A stretch of DNA of 64,000 bases from Azolla caroliniana (GCA_043228905.1 JBHGNT010000012.1:19096001-19160000); one strand, 5' to 3'. Numbered from the stretch's first letter, positions 1 through 12,697 are shown. Numbers and translations: made by a program. The notes: generated by a model from the sequence alone, not told the origin.

Positions 1-1
1 G

Positions 2-1660
2 GAGTTCTTTGAAGACGGACAATACTTGGTCCTTTGTCTTCAACGGTGCCGTCCACAGCTTCCGGCTGTGATCATCAATGAATGTTACGAAGTACTGGGC
101 TCCGCCATGCGACTTCGTTTCTACCTGACACACATCGGTGTGCACCAACTCCAATGGTGCGCTACGTCTCGTCGGTGGCCTTGAGTGGAAGGAGGTCCGG
201 TTTTGCTTACCGGCCAGGCAGTCGGTGCACTTCTCCAGGTGCACATGCTTCACTGGAATAAGGTTGTCTTCTGCAAGCCTCTTCATCCCCTTCTCACTCA
301 TGTGGCACAGTCTTTTGTGCCACAGCTCACCGGCAGTGTCGGCTGCTACATTCAGCTCTTCCGGACATAACCGGGCATTCATCAGGTACAGAGTGTTGAC
401 CTTCCGGGCCCGAGCCACTATCAGGCTCCCCTTGCTGAACTTCATTACGCCGTTCCGGATGCTACCCGTGTAGCCTTCATCATCTAGCCTCCCGGCCGAG
501 ATCAGGTTCAATCGGACCTCCGGAACGTGTCGCACATCCTTCAACAGCATCTTGCATCCGGTTGATGTCATCAGCCACACGTCTCCTATACCGGCAATTC
601 GGCATGTACCTTCATTTCCCATCCGGACAAAACCGTGCTCACCGGCTGTGTAGGATGAGAAGTATTTCTTCTCCGGGGTCAGGTGGAACGACGCTCCGGA
701 ATCGACCACCCAGGTCATCTCTACGCTGGCAAGGTTCAGCTCCCTCTCTTCGGTAATGAGCATTATCTCTTCTTCACTTGCCGCGAGTGCCGTCGTTCCT
801 TTCCGGTCCTGCCCTCGCCGATCCGGACCTCTCCGGTCCGTGGCTCCCCGGTATGCACCGTTTCTCTCCGGTGACTTCTTCGAATCGGTGTCGTCGGCTC
901 CGTTGTCCTTTCGGTAATGCCGACAATTCTTCCGGAAGTGCCCCGGCTTCCCACAGTGGAAGCAAATGGGTCTTCCTCTTGACTGCGACCGGGTCCCCGA
1001 CTTCTCCCGTCTTTGCGGACTCCGGTTCCAGTGTCTTCCCCGTTCCGATTCGGTAAGCAGCGCCTTCGAGTCGGAGGCCGGTTCTTTATCTCTCCGACGC
1101 GCTTCTTCATTTAGAATACTTGTCTTTACCGTTTGTAGGGACAAGTTGTCTTCCGTGCAGGAGGTGCTGAGAGTCACCACCAAGTTCTCCCAGCTGTCCG
1201 GCAATGTACACATCAGGATGATGGCTTGCATTGCATCCTCCAACGGGAACTTGATCGCCGCAAGCTGGTTCACGAATCCCATGAACGTGCTTACGTGTTC
1301 CACCATACTCTCGCCGTCCCGGTACTTGAGGTTCACTATCTTTCTCATCAGGGAGGTCCGGTTCAACGCATTCTTCCTCTCATAGAGGCCCGACAGCTTC
1401 TTCCACATCTCATAGGCGTTCGTATCGTTCGCCACATGTTGCAGGACACTTACATCGACATATTGCCGGATCGTCGCTACTGCTTTCCGGTTCAGGAGCT
1501 TCCACTCCGACTCAAGTACTCCCTTCGGTATTTCCGACCTGTCAATCGGTTCGTACAGGTCCCGAACAATCAGAAGATCCTCCATCTTGATCTTCCAGTC
1601 GGCGTAATTCTGCGCATTCAGCACCATCATTCCCGGCTGCCCGCTACCGCCGCCTTCCAT
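2..1660 (-). CDS. gag-pol: copia gag-pol polyprotein, partial (capsid, CCHC knuckle, protease, GAG-pre-integrase, integrase start)
   Basis: Manual translation from ATG 1660: MEGGGSGQPGMMVLNAQNYADWKIKM...CFHCGKPGHFRKNC...WVVDSGASFH...LWHKRLCHMSEKG...ELVHTDVC...SVFKEL. The start and the window-edge codons are in the same frame. Confidence 0.9.
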   Translation of the reverse strand, partial: MEGGGSGQPGMMVLNAQNYADWKIKMEDLLIVRDLYEPIDRSEIPKGVLESEWKLLNRKAVATIRQYVDVSVLQHVANDTNAYEMWKKLSGLYERKNALNRTSLMRKIVNLKYRDGESMVEHVSTFMGFVNQLAAIKFPLEDAMQAIILMCTLPDSWENLVVTLSTSCTEDNLSLQTVKTSILNEEARRRDKEPASDSKALLTESERGRHWNRSPQRREKSGTRSQSRGRPICFHCGKPGHFRKNCRHYRKDNGADDTDSKKSPERNGAYRGATDRRGPDRRGQDRKGTTALAASEEEIMLITEERELNLASVEMTWVVDSGASFHLTPEKKYFSSYTAGEHGFVRMGNEGTCRIAGIGDVWLMTSTGCKMLLKDVRHVPEVRLNLISAGRLDDEGYTGSIRNGVMKFSKGSLIVARARKVNTLYLMNARLCPEELNVAADTAGELWHKRLCHMSEKGMKRLAEDNLIPVKHVHLEKCTDCLAGKQNRTSFHSRPPTRRSAPLELVHTDVCQVETKSHGGAQYFVTFIDDHSRKLWTAPLKTKDQVLSVFKEL

Positions 1661-1691
1661 CTTCTGTGTTATCGTCGCTCTGATACCACTT

Positions 1692-2367
1692 TGTAAAGCT
1701 TTGACGCTATCAAATCTTTCGCCTCTCGGCCACAACCGAGACAACACGGATCAATGCAGCAGAAAATAAAAACAAAGACACAGAGAGATGAATACACAGG
1801 GTATAACGTGGAAAACCCTAAACGGGAAAAACCACGGGAGTGCACGACTCCAACTACCACTATACACTGGAATATACAATGGCGAGCTGCAAGGCGACGA
1901 CCTTGAGCTCGCTGTCCTCGCCACAGGCGGCGGTATTACACAGAGGCGTCGACCTCTTCGTTTCTCTCTCTCTCTCTCTCTCGCGGCTGCTCTCACTTCG
2001 CTCCCTCTAAGTGGAAAAACAGAAAATGAGCAACAACAACCTAAACTGTTTGCCCTAAGTCATATTTATACACATATGACTTTCGGGCTATTTACAAATA
2101 TAACCTCAAGGGCTCTTGGCAAACATATTCACAAATATGTCCCCGCATCCGGATCTCTCTCTCCGGGTACATTCGTCATCCGGCTCCGTAGCCGGGGTCT
2201 TCAGCATCCGGCTCCGTAGCCGGGGTCTTCAGCATCCGGCTCCGTAACCGGGGTCTCTTCATCCGGCTTCATGCCGGGTACTCTTCATCCTACGGTTCCG
2301 TAACAGCCTCCGGGCTTGCCGTCATTCATCTCCGGACATCCCATCCGGAGGGACCGTAATCCCAACA
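1692..2367 (-). repeat. 5' LTR of copia C1, with ~28-bp CCGG-rich tandem repeats
   Basis: TGT...AACA termini, adjacent to the PBS, partly homologous to the LTRs at 53996, 58813, 12029 and 60394. Confidence 0.9.
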
Positions 2368-2632
2368 CGGCTAAGAGGCTTAAGACTGGCGTTGAACCAA
2401 TTTGGTTCAACATAATGCCTAGTGCCTTCTTTTATAGTGTTGTCAGGAGTAATCCTGAAACTTCTAGAATGTTCCAGAGAAATCTGGAATATACATTACT
2501 TTTCTTATAATAAAACATAAATGAAAATAATATCCTATGAATTACAATAGATGGTGTGATGGTTAAGAGCTCGACCCATATACCATAAGGTCATGGGTTC
2601 GAGTCTTGCCATATCATGGCACTATCTCCCCC

Positions 2633-5600
2633 TTAAAGAGGACGAGTGGAACAAGTCAGCGCTAATTGCGGACCGGGTTTGTCCGGATACTTTTGCTGGA
2701 AATCAGCAAGCAGATCCTGAGCATTGGCAACATGCTCGACGAGTTCCCAAGTGCGTTCGCTCAGACTATAGCCAAGCCAATCGACCAAATAATAAAGTTT
2801 GTTGCGAATAAGTTTGGAATCGAGGATGGCAACAACTTCATACTTCGGGCCGGCGTCCAACTCCAGCGGGGGCAGTGGTGGTGTAACACGATCGGGAATG
2901 GTGTTTGCTTTATAAGGTTCAAGAAGAGAACAATGGAAAACCAGATGTATCTGAAGCTGTGGAGGGAGATCAAGGCGGAATGTGACATCATTAACCTTAC
3001 CCGTAATATGGAAAGGACCGAGTCATCGATAATCCAACTTGTCGCACGGTCGAGTAGTCTTGATGTGACGACGTAAGAGCCATACTCGATCTCCGATGGC
3101 AAAAGAGGAGGGAAGCCGATGACGATCCGCGTAAGTCTTCTGTGTCTGTTGAGCATGACGAAGATGAGTCAAGAGATCTGTCTGGATCTTGCGTAGTCTC
3201 TCCAAATGATCCCCGGCACGAGGATTGGTAGGTAGCTCCGGGGTGTTGATCACCGACCAGCGAGGATGAGAATCGGTATAAGCGTAGAATGGGGAGACTC
3301 GAGTCGAGGAGTGAACAACATTATTATACGTAAACTCCGCAAAGTGGAGAATCTCGGCCCAATCGTCTTGTTGATAACTCAGGAAACACTGGAGATATTG
3401 CTCCAGCGTTTGGTTTGTTCGTTCCGCCTGCCCATCGGTCTGAGGATGGTAGCCGGAGGAGAGGTTGCAAGAGACCTTGAGCATCTTGAAGAGATGCTGC
3501 CAAAATTTGGAGACAAATTGCGGTCCTCGGTCACTGATGATACTGTCTGGGAGGCCATGATGCCGAAATACCTCACGCATGACTAGGGCAACGGTTTCCT
3601 CGCTAGTGATGGCCTTAGTACACGGAACAAAATGTGCCATCTTCGTATATCGATCGACAACGGTTAAGATAGCATCGAACCCCTGCGAGACCGGCAGATC
3701 TGTGATAAAATCAAGACAAATAGACTGCCACGGCTTACTTGGAATCGGTAAGGGTTCCAACAAGCCATATGGATGGTGTTGTGGCATCTTTGCTCGGCAG
3801 CAAGCATCACAGGTCCGAACGTAGTCGTCGACAAAACGGCGCATGTGGGGCCACCAAAAAGATCGCTGCACTAGCTCCAACGTCTTAGTACTACCGAAAT
3901 GTCCCGCCGTATGGGTGTCATGACAATGCTGGACGATTTGAAGGCGACAGGAGCAATCAGGGACATATATGCGCTTTTTAAAGAATAACAAACCATCATG
4001 ATATTCGAATTGTCGGTAGTCAATACCTGGTTGTTGAGACTGAGAACAGGATGCCCAAGAAGTATCAATGTGCACCAGGATGTCTCGAGCAAAACTATCC
4101 GTCTTCAAGTTTGCACGTATGTCATCGGTAATCCGTGAATCCATCGGGGTGTGAAAAATCCGCGTGGTGTGCAATCATGTTGGTCCCAAGATTACTTGCT
4201 TTTGATTATCAAATGTTGGATCACCAGGACGAGGTGCAAGATATGAACGCCGTGATAGTGCATCTGCTTTTCCTTGCTGCTTCCCTGGTCGATATGTGAT
4301 TTTGAAGTCGAAATGCGTGAGGAATTGCGCCCACCGAGCTTGCCGTCGATTTAGTACGCGAGCGTTCTGGAAATAAGCAAGATTTTTATGATCACTAAAG
4401 ACAATGACTTGATGTGGAGAGCCCTCTAAGAAATGCTGCCATTGCACAAATGAATCCACGATGGCTAATAACTCCTTGTCATGTATTTCGTAGTTGATTT
4501 CCGCGACATCGAATTTGCGCGAATGGAAAGCCAGCAAATGCAACTCTTCTTTATCTCCTTGTTGAGAAAGGATGCTACCGAGGGCGAAATCTGAAGCGTC
4601 GGCCTCCATGATGAATGGTTTGCTGGTATCCACATGAGCTAGAATCGGTGCTGATGTAAAGGCTTTCTTAAGATGCCGAAAAGCCATATCTGCTTCAATG
4701 GACCAAAGAAATGCTTGGCCCTTCTTCCTAAGTTGTGTGAGGGGTAAAATAATATTCGAGTAATCCTATATAAACTTACGATAGAAGTTAGCAAAACCTA
4801 GAAAACATTGTACATCTTGTACCGACCGTGGAATTTGCCACTCTAGTACAGTTTGGACTTTAGCTGGATCCATGGCGATGCCCTTTGAGGAGATGACGTA
4901 GCCTAGAAATTCCACTTTCTTGCAATCAAAGCTACATTTTTCTAGCTTGGCATAAAGACCATTCTCGTGGAGTTGCTTTAGTACTAATAGTACATGAGAA
5001 TCGTGCAATTGCTGGGTCTTCGATTAAATCAATAGATCATCCAGATAGATGATCAAACAGATATCCAAGAGGTCTTTGAATATATCATTTGCCATGTTTT
5101 GGAAGACTGCGGGTGCATTGGTTAAGCCGAACGGCATAATAGTATACTCGAAATGCCCATACCGCGTGCGAAAGGCGGTCTTCCATTCATCTCCCGGTTG
5201 GATCCGCACGAGGTTATACGCTCCTCGTAGATCGATTTTGGTAAAAAACTTGGCACCATTAACTCACTCTAAAAGACTTGATATAAGAGGAAGTGCATAC
5301 CTATTCCGGATGGTGACCTTACTCAATCCGCGGTAATCAACGACGAGACGAAGTGAGCCATCTTTCTTCTTGACAAAGAAGATGGGTGCACCGGCCAGAG
5401 ATTTCGAATGACAGATGAACCCGCTTGCCAAGTTCTCCTCTATGTAGGCTCGAAGGACTTCTAACTCGGTGGGTGACAAGTTGTAAATTGGTCCCCATGG
5501 TGGCTCGGTTCCTGGTTGTAAATCGATGGGACAGTCATAGGGACGATGATGAGGAAGGGTACCGGCTTTTACCTTGTCAAATACATCGGCATAAGGATGC

Positions 5601-6205
5601 TATTTTGCCGGAAGTTGTACTGAGGAGTCCTTCTTAATAGTGCTGGAAGGATGTACTGATATTGCAAATAGGAGCATTGCCTCCTTGTGTCCTTCTTCAC
5701 GTAATTGATGGAGTGAAATGGTCAAAACTCGGTGAGTAGATTCTTGGGGTGGTCGATATCGGACTTCTCTTGTTCTCCAATCTATGGCTGGATTATGTAA
5801 TTCAAACCAAGGTAATCCTAGGACAATGGGATGCTCTGGACTACTAATTATATTAAATGATATTACACACACAAAACTACCTAGGACAACTTGAATGGGT
5901 TCTGATTCTTCTACAATATTCCCGGAAGCAATGGGACGACCATCAATGACTACTACAGATGCCGGACAAGGAAGTTTTCTTAGGGATATCTGAGAAGCTT
6001 GGGCAAAATTTCGATCCATGAAATAGGAATTAGCTTCGGAATCTAAGAGGGCTAGGACGGGTACTAGGGGAGTACTTTTAGTACTAACAATGACTTGGGC
6101 TAGGAACACGTTGCTAACTTGCTTGGAAGGAATGGAACCACTAATGGGCTGTACAGATCTAGGGATGCTGTCCAACCAAACAACTCCTATTTTGGCTGGA
6201 GTCAA
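2633..6205 (-). pseudogene. pol: chromovirus pol: PR, RT, RNase H, integrase, chromodomain
   Basis: ALLDSEANSYF (PR); [13 protein letters not shown]...YLDDLLI (RT); ADASDFALG...NYEIHDKELLAI (RH); HHCC and GPQF...TDGQAER (INT); YEVVAILDSK...YYLVDWLGY..SERTWE (chromodomain). Several stops and frameshifts. Confidence 0.93.
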
Positions 6206-6368
6206 TCGTTTAACTCTTCATCTAATTGACTAAGGATTTCAAATTTGTTTGAGATACTTGGGCTATTAGTACTATGAATACTATCTGACACTCTATTAGT
6301 ACTATTAATACTATCAGACACTCCGAAGGGAAGAATTGACTCGGGTTTAGTACAGGCGACGATTTGAT

Positions 6369-7359
6369 TTACCTGTCTTCTTGGCCTATGGGGACAATTG
6401 ATGGCGATATGCCCTGGTCCACCGCAATAAAGACATAATCGATTGGCACGTCATCGTTGTTTTTCTTCTTCCGATAACGGGCCACGTCGACGCATGGTGT
6501 CGATCTCCATTGGTGTCGGAATATTGGCTTGAGGTACATCGCGTGCAAACGGTTTAGCCGTGACTGAGGCATATGTGGGTTCCGGACGAGAGCGTGGTAT
6601 TTGTAACTGACGTTCCGAACGCCGTTTGAAAAGGCGGTTGTCGCATTGGACCGCTCGACTGATTGCCTCCGTAAGAGACTTTGGTTCTTTGGGGAAGGTT
6701 AAAAGCAAATCTTTGACATCATTGCGCAAGCCGTAGCGAAACTGCTCCATGAGGGCCTGATCATCCCAGGGGATATCTGAGGCGAGTAGACGGAAATCCG
6801 CCGCGTAGGCAGAGGCTGGACGATCGCCTTGACGCAATCTTCGGATCTTGTTGATCGCCGTCCTGATGCTGTCGGTATCTCCAAAGCAGGCTTTAAACTC
6901 ACCAATAAAATCTTCAAAGTTATTAAGCAAGGGCAATTGTTTTTCTAGAAGCGGAGCGAACCATGCCAAGGCTGAGCCGCTAAGTAACGTGCCTAGTAGG
7001 CCGACTCGAGATGCATCAGTGGGATATCGGGAAGGATGCATCTGGATGACTAAGCGTACCTGATTAAGGAATCCCCGGAATTGCGATCACGTTCCATCAA
7101 ATTTCACAGGAAGTCCAATCTTGGGCTCTTTATGAAATCCTTGGGGACTTGATCCTTGTTGTTGCAATGCTGCTTCGAGTTGTTGTACCCGTAACACTAA
7201 CTCCCCATGTTGTTGTTGCGTTTGTTGTTTTTCGAGAGCAATTTGTTGCAGATCCCCTATCAATCGTTGGTTTTCTTGTTCCAGGGCAACAAACTTTTCT
7301 TTTAGGCACTGTAGCTCGGAGAAAACGGATTGATATTCTTGGGCGCTAATAGTAGCCAT
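6369..7359 (-). pseudogene. gag: chromovirus gag (coiled-coil N-terminus, capsid, PMEID motif, CCHC), disrupted
   Basis: ORFs 7087-7359 and 6451-7041 (LSGSALAWF...LRQGDRPASAYAADFR...PTPMEID); stops between pieces. Confidence 0.88.
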
Positions 7360-7432
7360 AGTATAGGGAAAAGGGTAGGAGGATGAGGGAGAACGACAAG
7401 TAGGCTGGAGGAAAGGGCAAATTGGTTCAAAC

Positions 7433-7832
7433 TGTCAGGAATAGTACTAAAGCAGAGATGGAATTAGTACTAAGAAGAGCAATACTATTAGTACTAAGAG
7501 GACGGGACTGCGTAAGATTCCCGAGAGAGGAAGTGAGAAGAGGAGAGAGAGAGATAGCGAGGATTAGAGAGAGAGAAAGATGATGACAACAACTAATATA
7601 TTATGTGAAAAGATAAGTACAAAGCGGCTAAGAGGCTTAAGACTGGCGTTGAACCAATTTGGTTCAACATAATGCCTAGTGCCTTCTTTTATAGTGTTGT
7701 CAGGAGTAATCCTGAAACTTCTAGAATGTTCCAGAGAAATCTGGAATATACATTACAATAGATGGTGTGATGGTTAAGAGCTCGACCCATATACCATAAG
7801 GTCATAGGTTCAAGTCTTGTCATATCATGACA
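7433..7832 (-). repeat. 5' LTR of the chromovirus
   Basis: TGTCA...TGACA termini; matches 2368-2621 except for a 46-bp indel between ATTAC repeats; TATAAAA on minus at 7687-7693. Confidence 0.92.
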
Positions 7833-9225
7833 GAAAATGGTCGGCCTATTTTATACCATCCGGCAGGAGCCCACAGAGAACGTTCAACAATTTGTAATCT
7901 GATTCCAGAGAATGCACAACCAGCTCAGTCGGGCACCACCGGAGGAAGAGACTAAGGCGATATTCCTAGCAGCACTCAGGGAACCCCTATGAACGGTGTG
8001 CACAATCATTGATTTCCGCACGAGCTCCGTCGACCAGGTCATAGACTGAGTCAGGGAAATGGAAAACTCTAGCTCGTGGTTGACGATGGGGGCACTCCAA
8101 CGAACGTTACCAACCAATGAAGACCTCCGATTTTGACAAGAAATTCAATGTACGACTTGCTTGAATGCCGGACACTCGACGTTGGAGTGCATCATGCGTT
8201 CTCAATGCCTGCTTTGCCATTCTAGAAACCAGACAATGGATCGGTGCGAGTATAACTTGTTGAATCGGCAAGCGCCACCGGTCCGGCAAATCGAACCACG
8301 GAGCAACCAGGAGGAAGAAGAAGGGCGCTGGCGGCGAGAGGAGCGTTACCGGCTAGCACAAGATGTTCGGTACAGTGATCGAAGAGACGCTTATGACTGC
8401 GACCAGTATGATAGATATCATAGATATCGGGACTATAATGGGGAACAGAATGAGTGATACAACCGGGATCACTCCCTTGGTTACAACCCACAAAGGGAGG
8501 ACTATGGCAAGTATGACGACCGGCCCTGACAGGATTACCGGAACAAAAAGCATTTCAACAAAAAATGACATTTCAATAAAAAAGGGGATCACCAACAGGA
8601 GCTGGAACAAGGTACACCAAGCACCCAACCGGACCAAGGCCAAGCTCTTACAACAGGACCTCAACAGGGTACCGGAGCGAAAGCAGAATCCAGCAACACC
8701 CGGAAGGCTTACTGCTACTATTGCCGACAAGAGGGACACTACAATAACCAATGTTCGGCGAAAAGCTACGATAAGAGACCAACGGTAAACATGGTGGTAG
8801 CGGAGGTCGCAGACATACAACAAGTGACCACGAGGTCAAAAGGAAAAGCAACAGAGTGGGAAACCCAAGAAGCCATCCGGAAGCAGGCCACCGAATGGGT
8901 AAAGAAGGCAAATGAGCGGAATGTGGCAGAACTGGAACAACAAAAGGAGAATCCAAAGGAGCCCATTGGCAATAGCCAGGCGGAAAACCCAACACGGTAG
9001 AGAATGACAAATCACGCTGCCATTAGGTTGGCTATTGCAGTTAGTACCTCGGTTTACGGAAGGACTGAAGACGGGAATGACTGTGGTCGACACGCCACCG
9101 GCTCTGACATTCTTTTCTAATCCGGAGGAAGGACTGACAGTAGTGGACACGAGCAGTCCGGCTATCACAACCATCGTCAAGGGACGAGAGCTACCCGGAA
9201 CGATTATAGACGGAGGATCCGGCGT

Positions 9226-9939
9226 TGTCGTGCCTTTCGGCTCCGGATCGTTTGCGTGAGTCGGGTGGGAACCACTGGGGTTTTGGACTAGGAGAAAGAA
9301 AAATACAAATAAGGCTAGTAAAGAATAGGTATAAAGAGTTATAAGATAAGAATCTCGTGAATCCCACGAGTTTAGTATATTTAGTCAATATTTAGGTAGT
9401 AAGAGAGAATTATTTTAGCAAATTCGTGAATCCCACGAATATTTTAGATTGATTGATCATTATAGAAAAATAATCAACAAAAACTACAATGTGCTCCCCA
9501 TCCTTATATAGTGATGGGAGAGACTAAGCATAGCTACATGCTTTTTCTAATATGTTCATGCACACTAAATGTGCATGTGATGCTTTTCTAATCCTTGCTT
9601 TTATTTGCTAAATGTAGTGCTCATGCACGCTAGATGTGCATGAGTCACTTTTTAGTTGCTTGCGTTTTTCTATTCACGCACTCTAAAAATGCATGATTTA
9701 CCTTTTAATAAAGGTAGGCGTAAATAAAGCACTTATAGTTATTAATCTATTTGTAGAACACTAAAGATAAGGTAGCATAATGGTAAAGTTGAGGTTTGGC
9801 TACGTGGAGGTACAAGGTTCAAATCTTGCCCTATGCACGTGATAAATATCTTGATATTCTTATTTTATTTATTTATATGAAATTAAATCGGTTATATTAT
9901 TTTTACTTTTTCACGTAGTGTACGAAATACACTACGACA
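9226..9939 (-). mobile_element. solo LTR of the gag-only family (same family as 24199-27707)
   Basis: TGTCGTG...TACGACA; 4-bp TSD GCGT (9222-9225 and 9940-9943); splits the G1 protease motif DGGSGV|NV. Confidence 0.95.
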
Positions 9940-12028
9940 GCGTGAATGTGATTAGCCTCGGAACTTGTAATACCCAAGGAATCCAGGACTGGGAGCCGTG
10001 CCCGTTTTGGCTCTGGATGGCGGACACAAGTTCAGTAAGACCTACCGGATTGATACGAGATTTGGAAGTGACTATCGGAGGCCACGCATTCTGCATTTCG
10101 GCAGTAGTCCTCCAACTCAATGCACAAGGGGCATACCCACTGTTGCTGGGCCGTCCATGACTAAAAACAACACACATCAAGCAAAACTGGCAGAAAAACA
10201 TAATTACTTTCCGGCGTGGCAAAGCGAAAGTACGAGTACCTACACAACTACGTTCGAGTACCGGCAAGGAGCTGACACCGCTGTATGTGGAATGTGTCAA
10301 CATGCTTGAAGGATTGGCTGATGAAGAGGTCGATTAGTACTTACAGGAGAATCCAAAAAGTGTACCCTTATTTGAAGTTGATGTCACCGAAGCAATGACA
10401 CCATATATAATGCAACCGGAGGATGCCGATGAAGAACCGGATAAAGAAGCCATCAAAGAGTTACGGAAAGCGCAGGAAGCTTTGGAGAAGGAATTGACAG
10501 TATCTCAACGCGTAAAAGCCTCTCAGCTGGAAGAGGTAAACCTAGGCACCGCAGACGACGCAAGACCGGTTCACATCGCCAAAAAAATGACTCCCGAAAG
10601 GAAGACAACAATGATCACCTTATTAAAGGAGTTCCGGGATGTGTTCGCGTGGTCTTACGAGGACATGCGGGGGCTAGATCCTCAGTTGTATCAACGCCAG
10701 ATACATCTGAGTAAGGATGCCAAGCCAGTGGCGCAACGACGCTACCGGATGAACCCTAACTATGCAGCAAAAGTAAAGGACGAAATCGACAAATTGTTAC
10801 GGGTAGGGTTCATCCGACCGATCAAGAAGGCGACATGGCTGAGTCCGATAGTCGTCGTACCGGAAAATAATGGAAAAATCAGGGTATGTGTCGACTACCG
10901 GAAGTTGAATGCGGCAACGGTAACCGACGTCTACCCACTCCCTTTTACAGATGGAGTCCTGGATGCAGTAGCCGGTCATGAAGTTTATAGTTTCCTAGAC
11001 GGGTTCAGTGGCTACAATCAGATACGGATGCACCCCGACGACCAGGAGAAAACCGCTTTTGTTACTGAATGGGGAGTATTTGTCACCGTAGTCATGATGT
11101 TCGGACTTAAAACGACGCCGACAACCTTCTAGCGGATAATCATGGAGATTTTCGGAGAATTTATTCCAGCATTCATGCAGGTGTTCCTAGACGATTTCGC
11201 CGTGTACAGCCAGGAAGGGGAACACCTCCAATACCTCCAACTATGTCTTGAGAAATGTAGGGTTTACCGGTTAAGCCTTAACCCAGCGAAATGTGTGTTT
11301 GGTGTGTCAAGCGGTGCATTACTAGGCCACATCGTTAGCAAGGACGGTATTGCAGTAGACCCAGACAAGGTCAAAGAAATTTTGGAGGCACTGGCACCCA
11401 CCACGGCGAAAGCATTGAGTCGGTTCCTAGGACAAATCCGGTGGCATAGCCGGATGCTCCGGTATCTGGTAGAGTTGGCCACACCATTGCATGCCGCGGT
11501 GCACCGGACATCGTTTCAATGGACGGACACAGAAGAGAAGGCATACCGGGCATTAATAATACTACTATCACAAGCACCGGTGGTGCAACCTCCGGATTGG
11601 TCTACAGAATTCAACGTATTCATAGACGCGTCCGACCGTTTATTATGCTAGCCGGAAGCTGTCTCAAGCGGAACGTAATTACTCAACGACGGAAAGAGAA
11701 GCCTTGGGCATGATCTACAGCGTCACGAAGTTCCGACACTATCTATTGGGGAGGAAATTTTTCTTTCATGTAGACCATTCGACACTACTTTACTTGGTTT
11801 CAAAAGCATCACTCACGGGTAAGCTGGCTCGGTGGACGTTATTATTATAGGAATTTGAGTTTGAGATATTTCACCAGCCAGGCATACAACATGCGGTTGC
11901 AGATTATTTGAGCCAGTTAGACTCCGGTGAAACCGGTGACAGAGTTCCAGACGAGTTTCCGGATGTAGAGTTGTTTAGGGTCACATCAGAAACAGCAACA
12001 GATGGTATGGTCACCGAGGAGGACAAGT

Positions 12029-12295
12029 TATCGGGAACTAAACGCTCGTTATACGCAACGCTCGGCCACAACCAAGCTTAGAATCATACACAGAAAATGG
12101 GAAATAAAGCACGACACGAAGAAGAGAAGAGTACGCAGGATGTTTACGTGGAAAACCCAAACTAGGGGAAAAACCACGGCAACCCACAGGCTGCAAACTA
12201 TCGCTATGTTAGAATGTACAACAGTGAGTTCACGGAGGCAACAACCTCGTGCTCACGATCCTCGCCACAGGCGGCGGTTACAACAGAGGCAACGA

Positions 12296-12335
<40 letters not shown>

Positions 12336-12697
12336 TACACAGTTACGCACTCTCTCTCTTTCCTTGCACCAACAAGAATGACAACCACACCACGAACTAA
12401 AAGTTTGCCCTAAGTCATATTTATACTAATATGACTTTTCAGCTATTTACAAATATAGCCATGATGGACTCTCAGAAACATATTTACGAATATGTCTCTT
12501 CATCCGGTTCTCACCGGGTCTGCACCATCCGGCTCTCCGTAGCTGAGTACTCCTCATCCGGTTCTCACCGGGTCTGCACCATCCGACTCTCCGTAGCCGG
12601 GTACTCGTCATCTGGTCTTGACCGGGTCTGCACCATCCGGCTCTCCGTAGCCGGGTACTCGTCATACGGTTTCGGCCGAGGCCCACTGTTCTTCTCC
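12029..12697 (-). mobile_element. truncated copia solo LTR with an adjacent deletion of G1 integrase sequence
   Basis: Homologous to 60394-61141, with 48-bp repeats. One end is missing. G1 jumps from EEDK to VGPFKPPA, so the HHCC region present in G2 is lost. Confidence 0.85.

Larger units (their letters stand above)
1..2367 (-). mobile_element. Ty1/copia LTR retrotransposon C1, 5' part (runs off the left edge)
   Basis: LTR 1692-2367 (TG...CA), tRNA-iMet PBS TGGTATCAGAGC on minus at 1677-1688, then gag-PR-INT. Inserted in the 3' LTR of the chromovirus; right flank CGGCT. Confidence 0.95.
2368..7832 (-). mobile_element. Ty3/gypsy chromovirus (Tcn1-like), degenerate
   Basis: 5' LTR 7433-7832; 3' LTR remnant 2368-2621, interrupted by C1; PPT at 2622-2635 (AAGGGGGAGATAG on minus); order gag-PR-RT-RH-INT-chromodomain. 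Confidence 0.93.

Noticed and set aside
138-2219. Many plus-strand ORFs
   Set aside because: Antisense shadows of the copia gag-pol and LTR.
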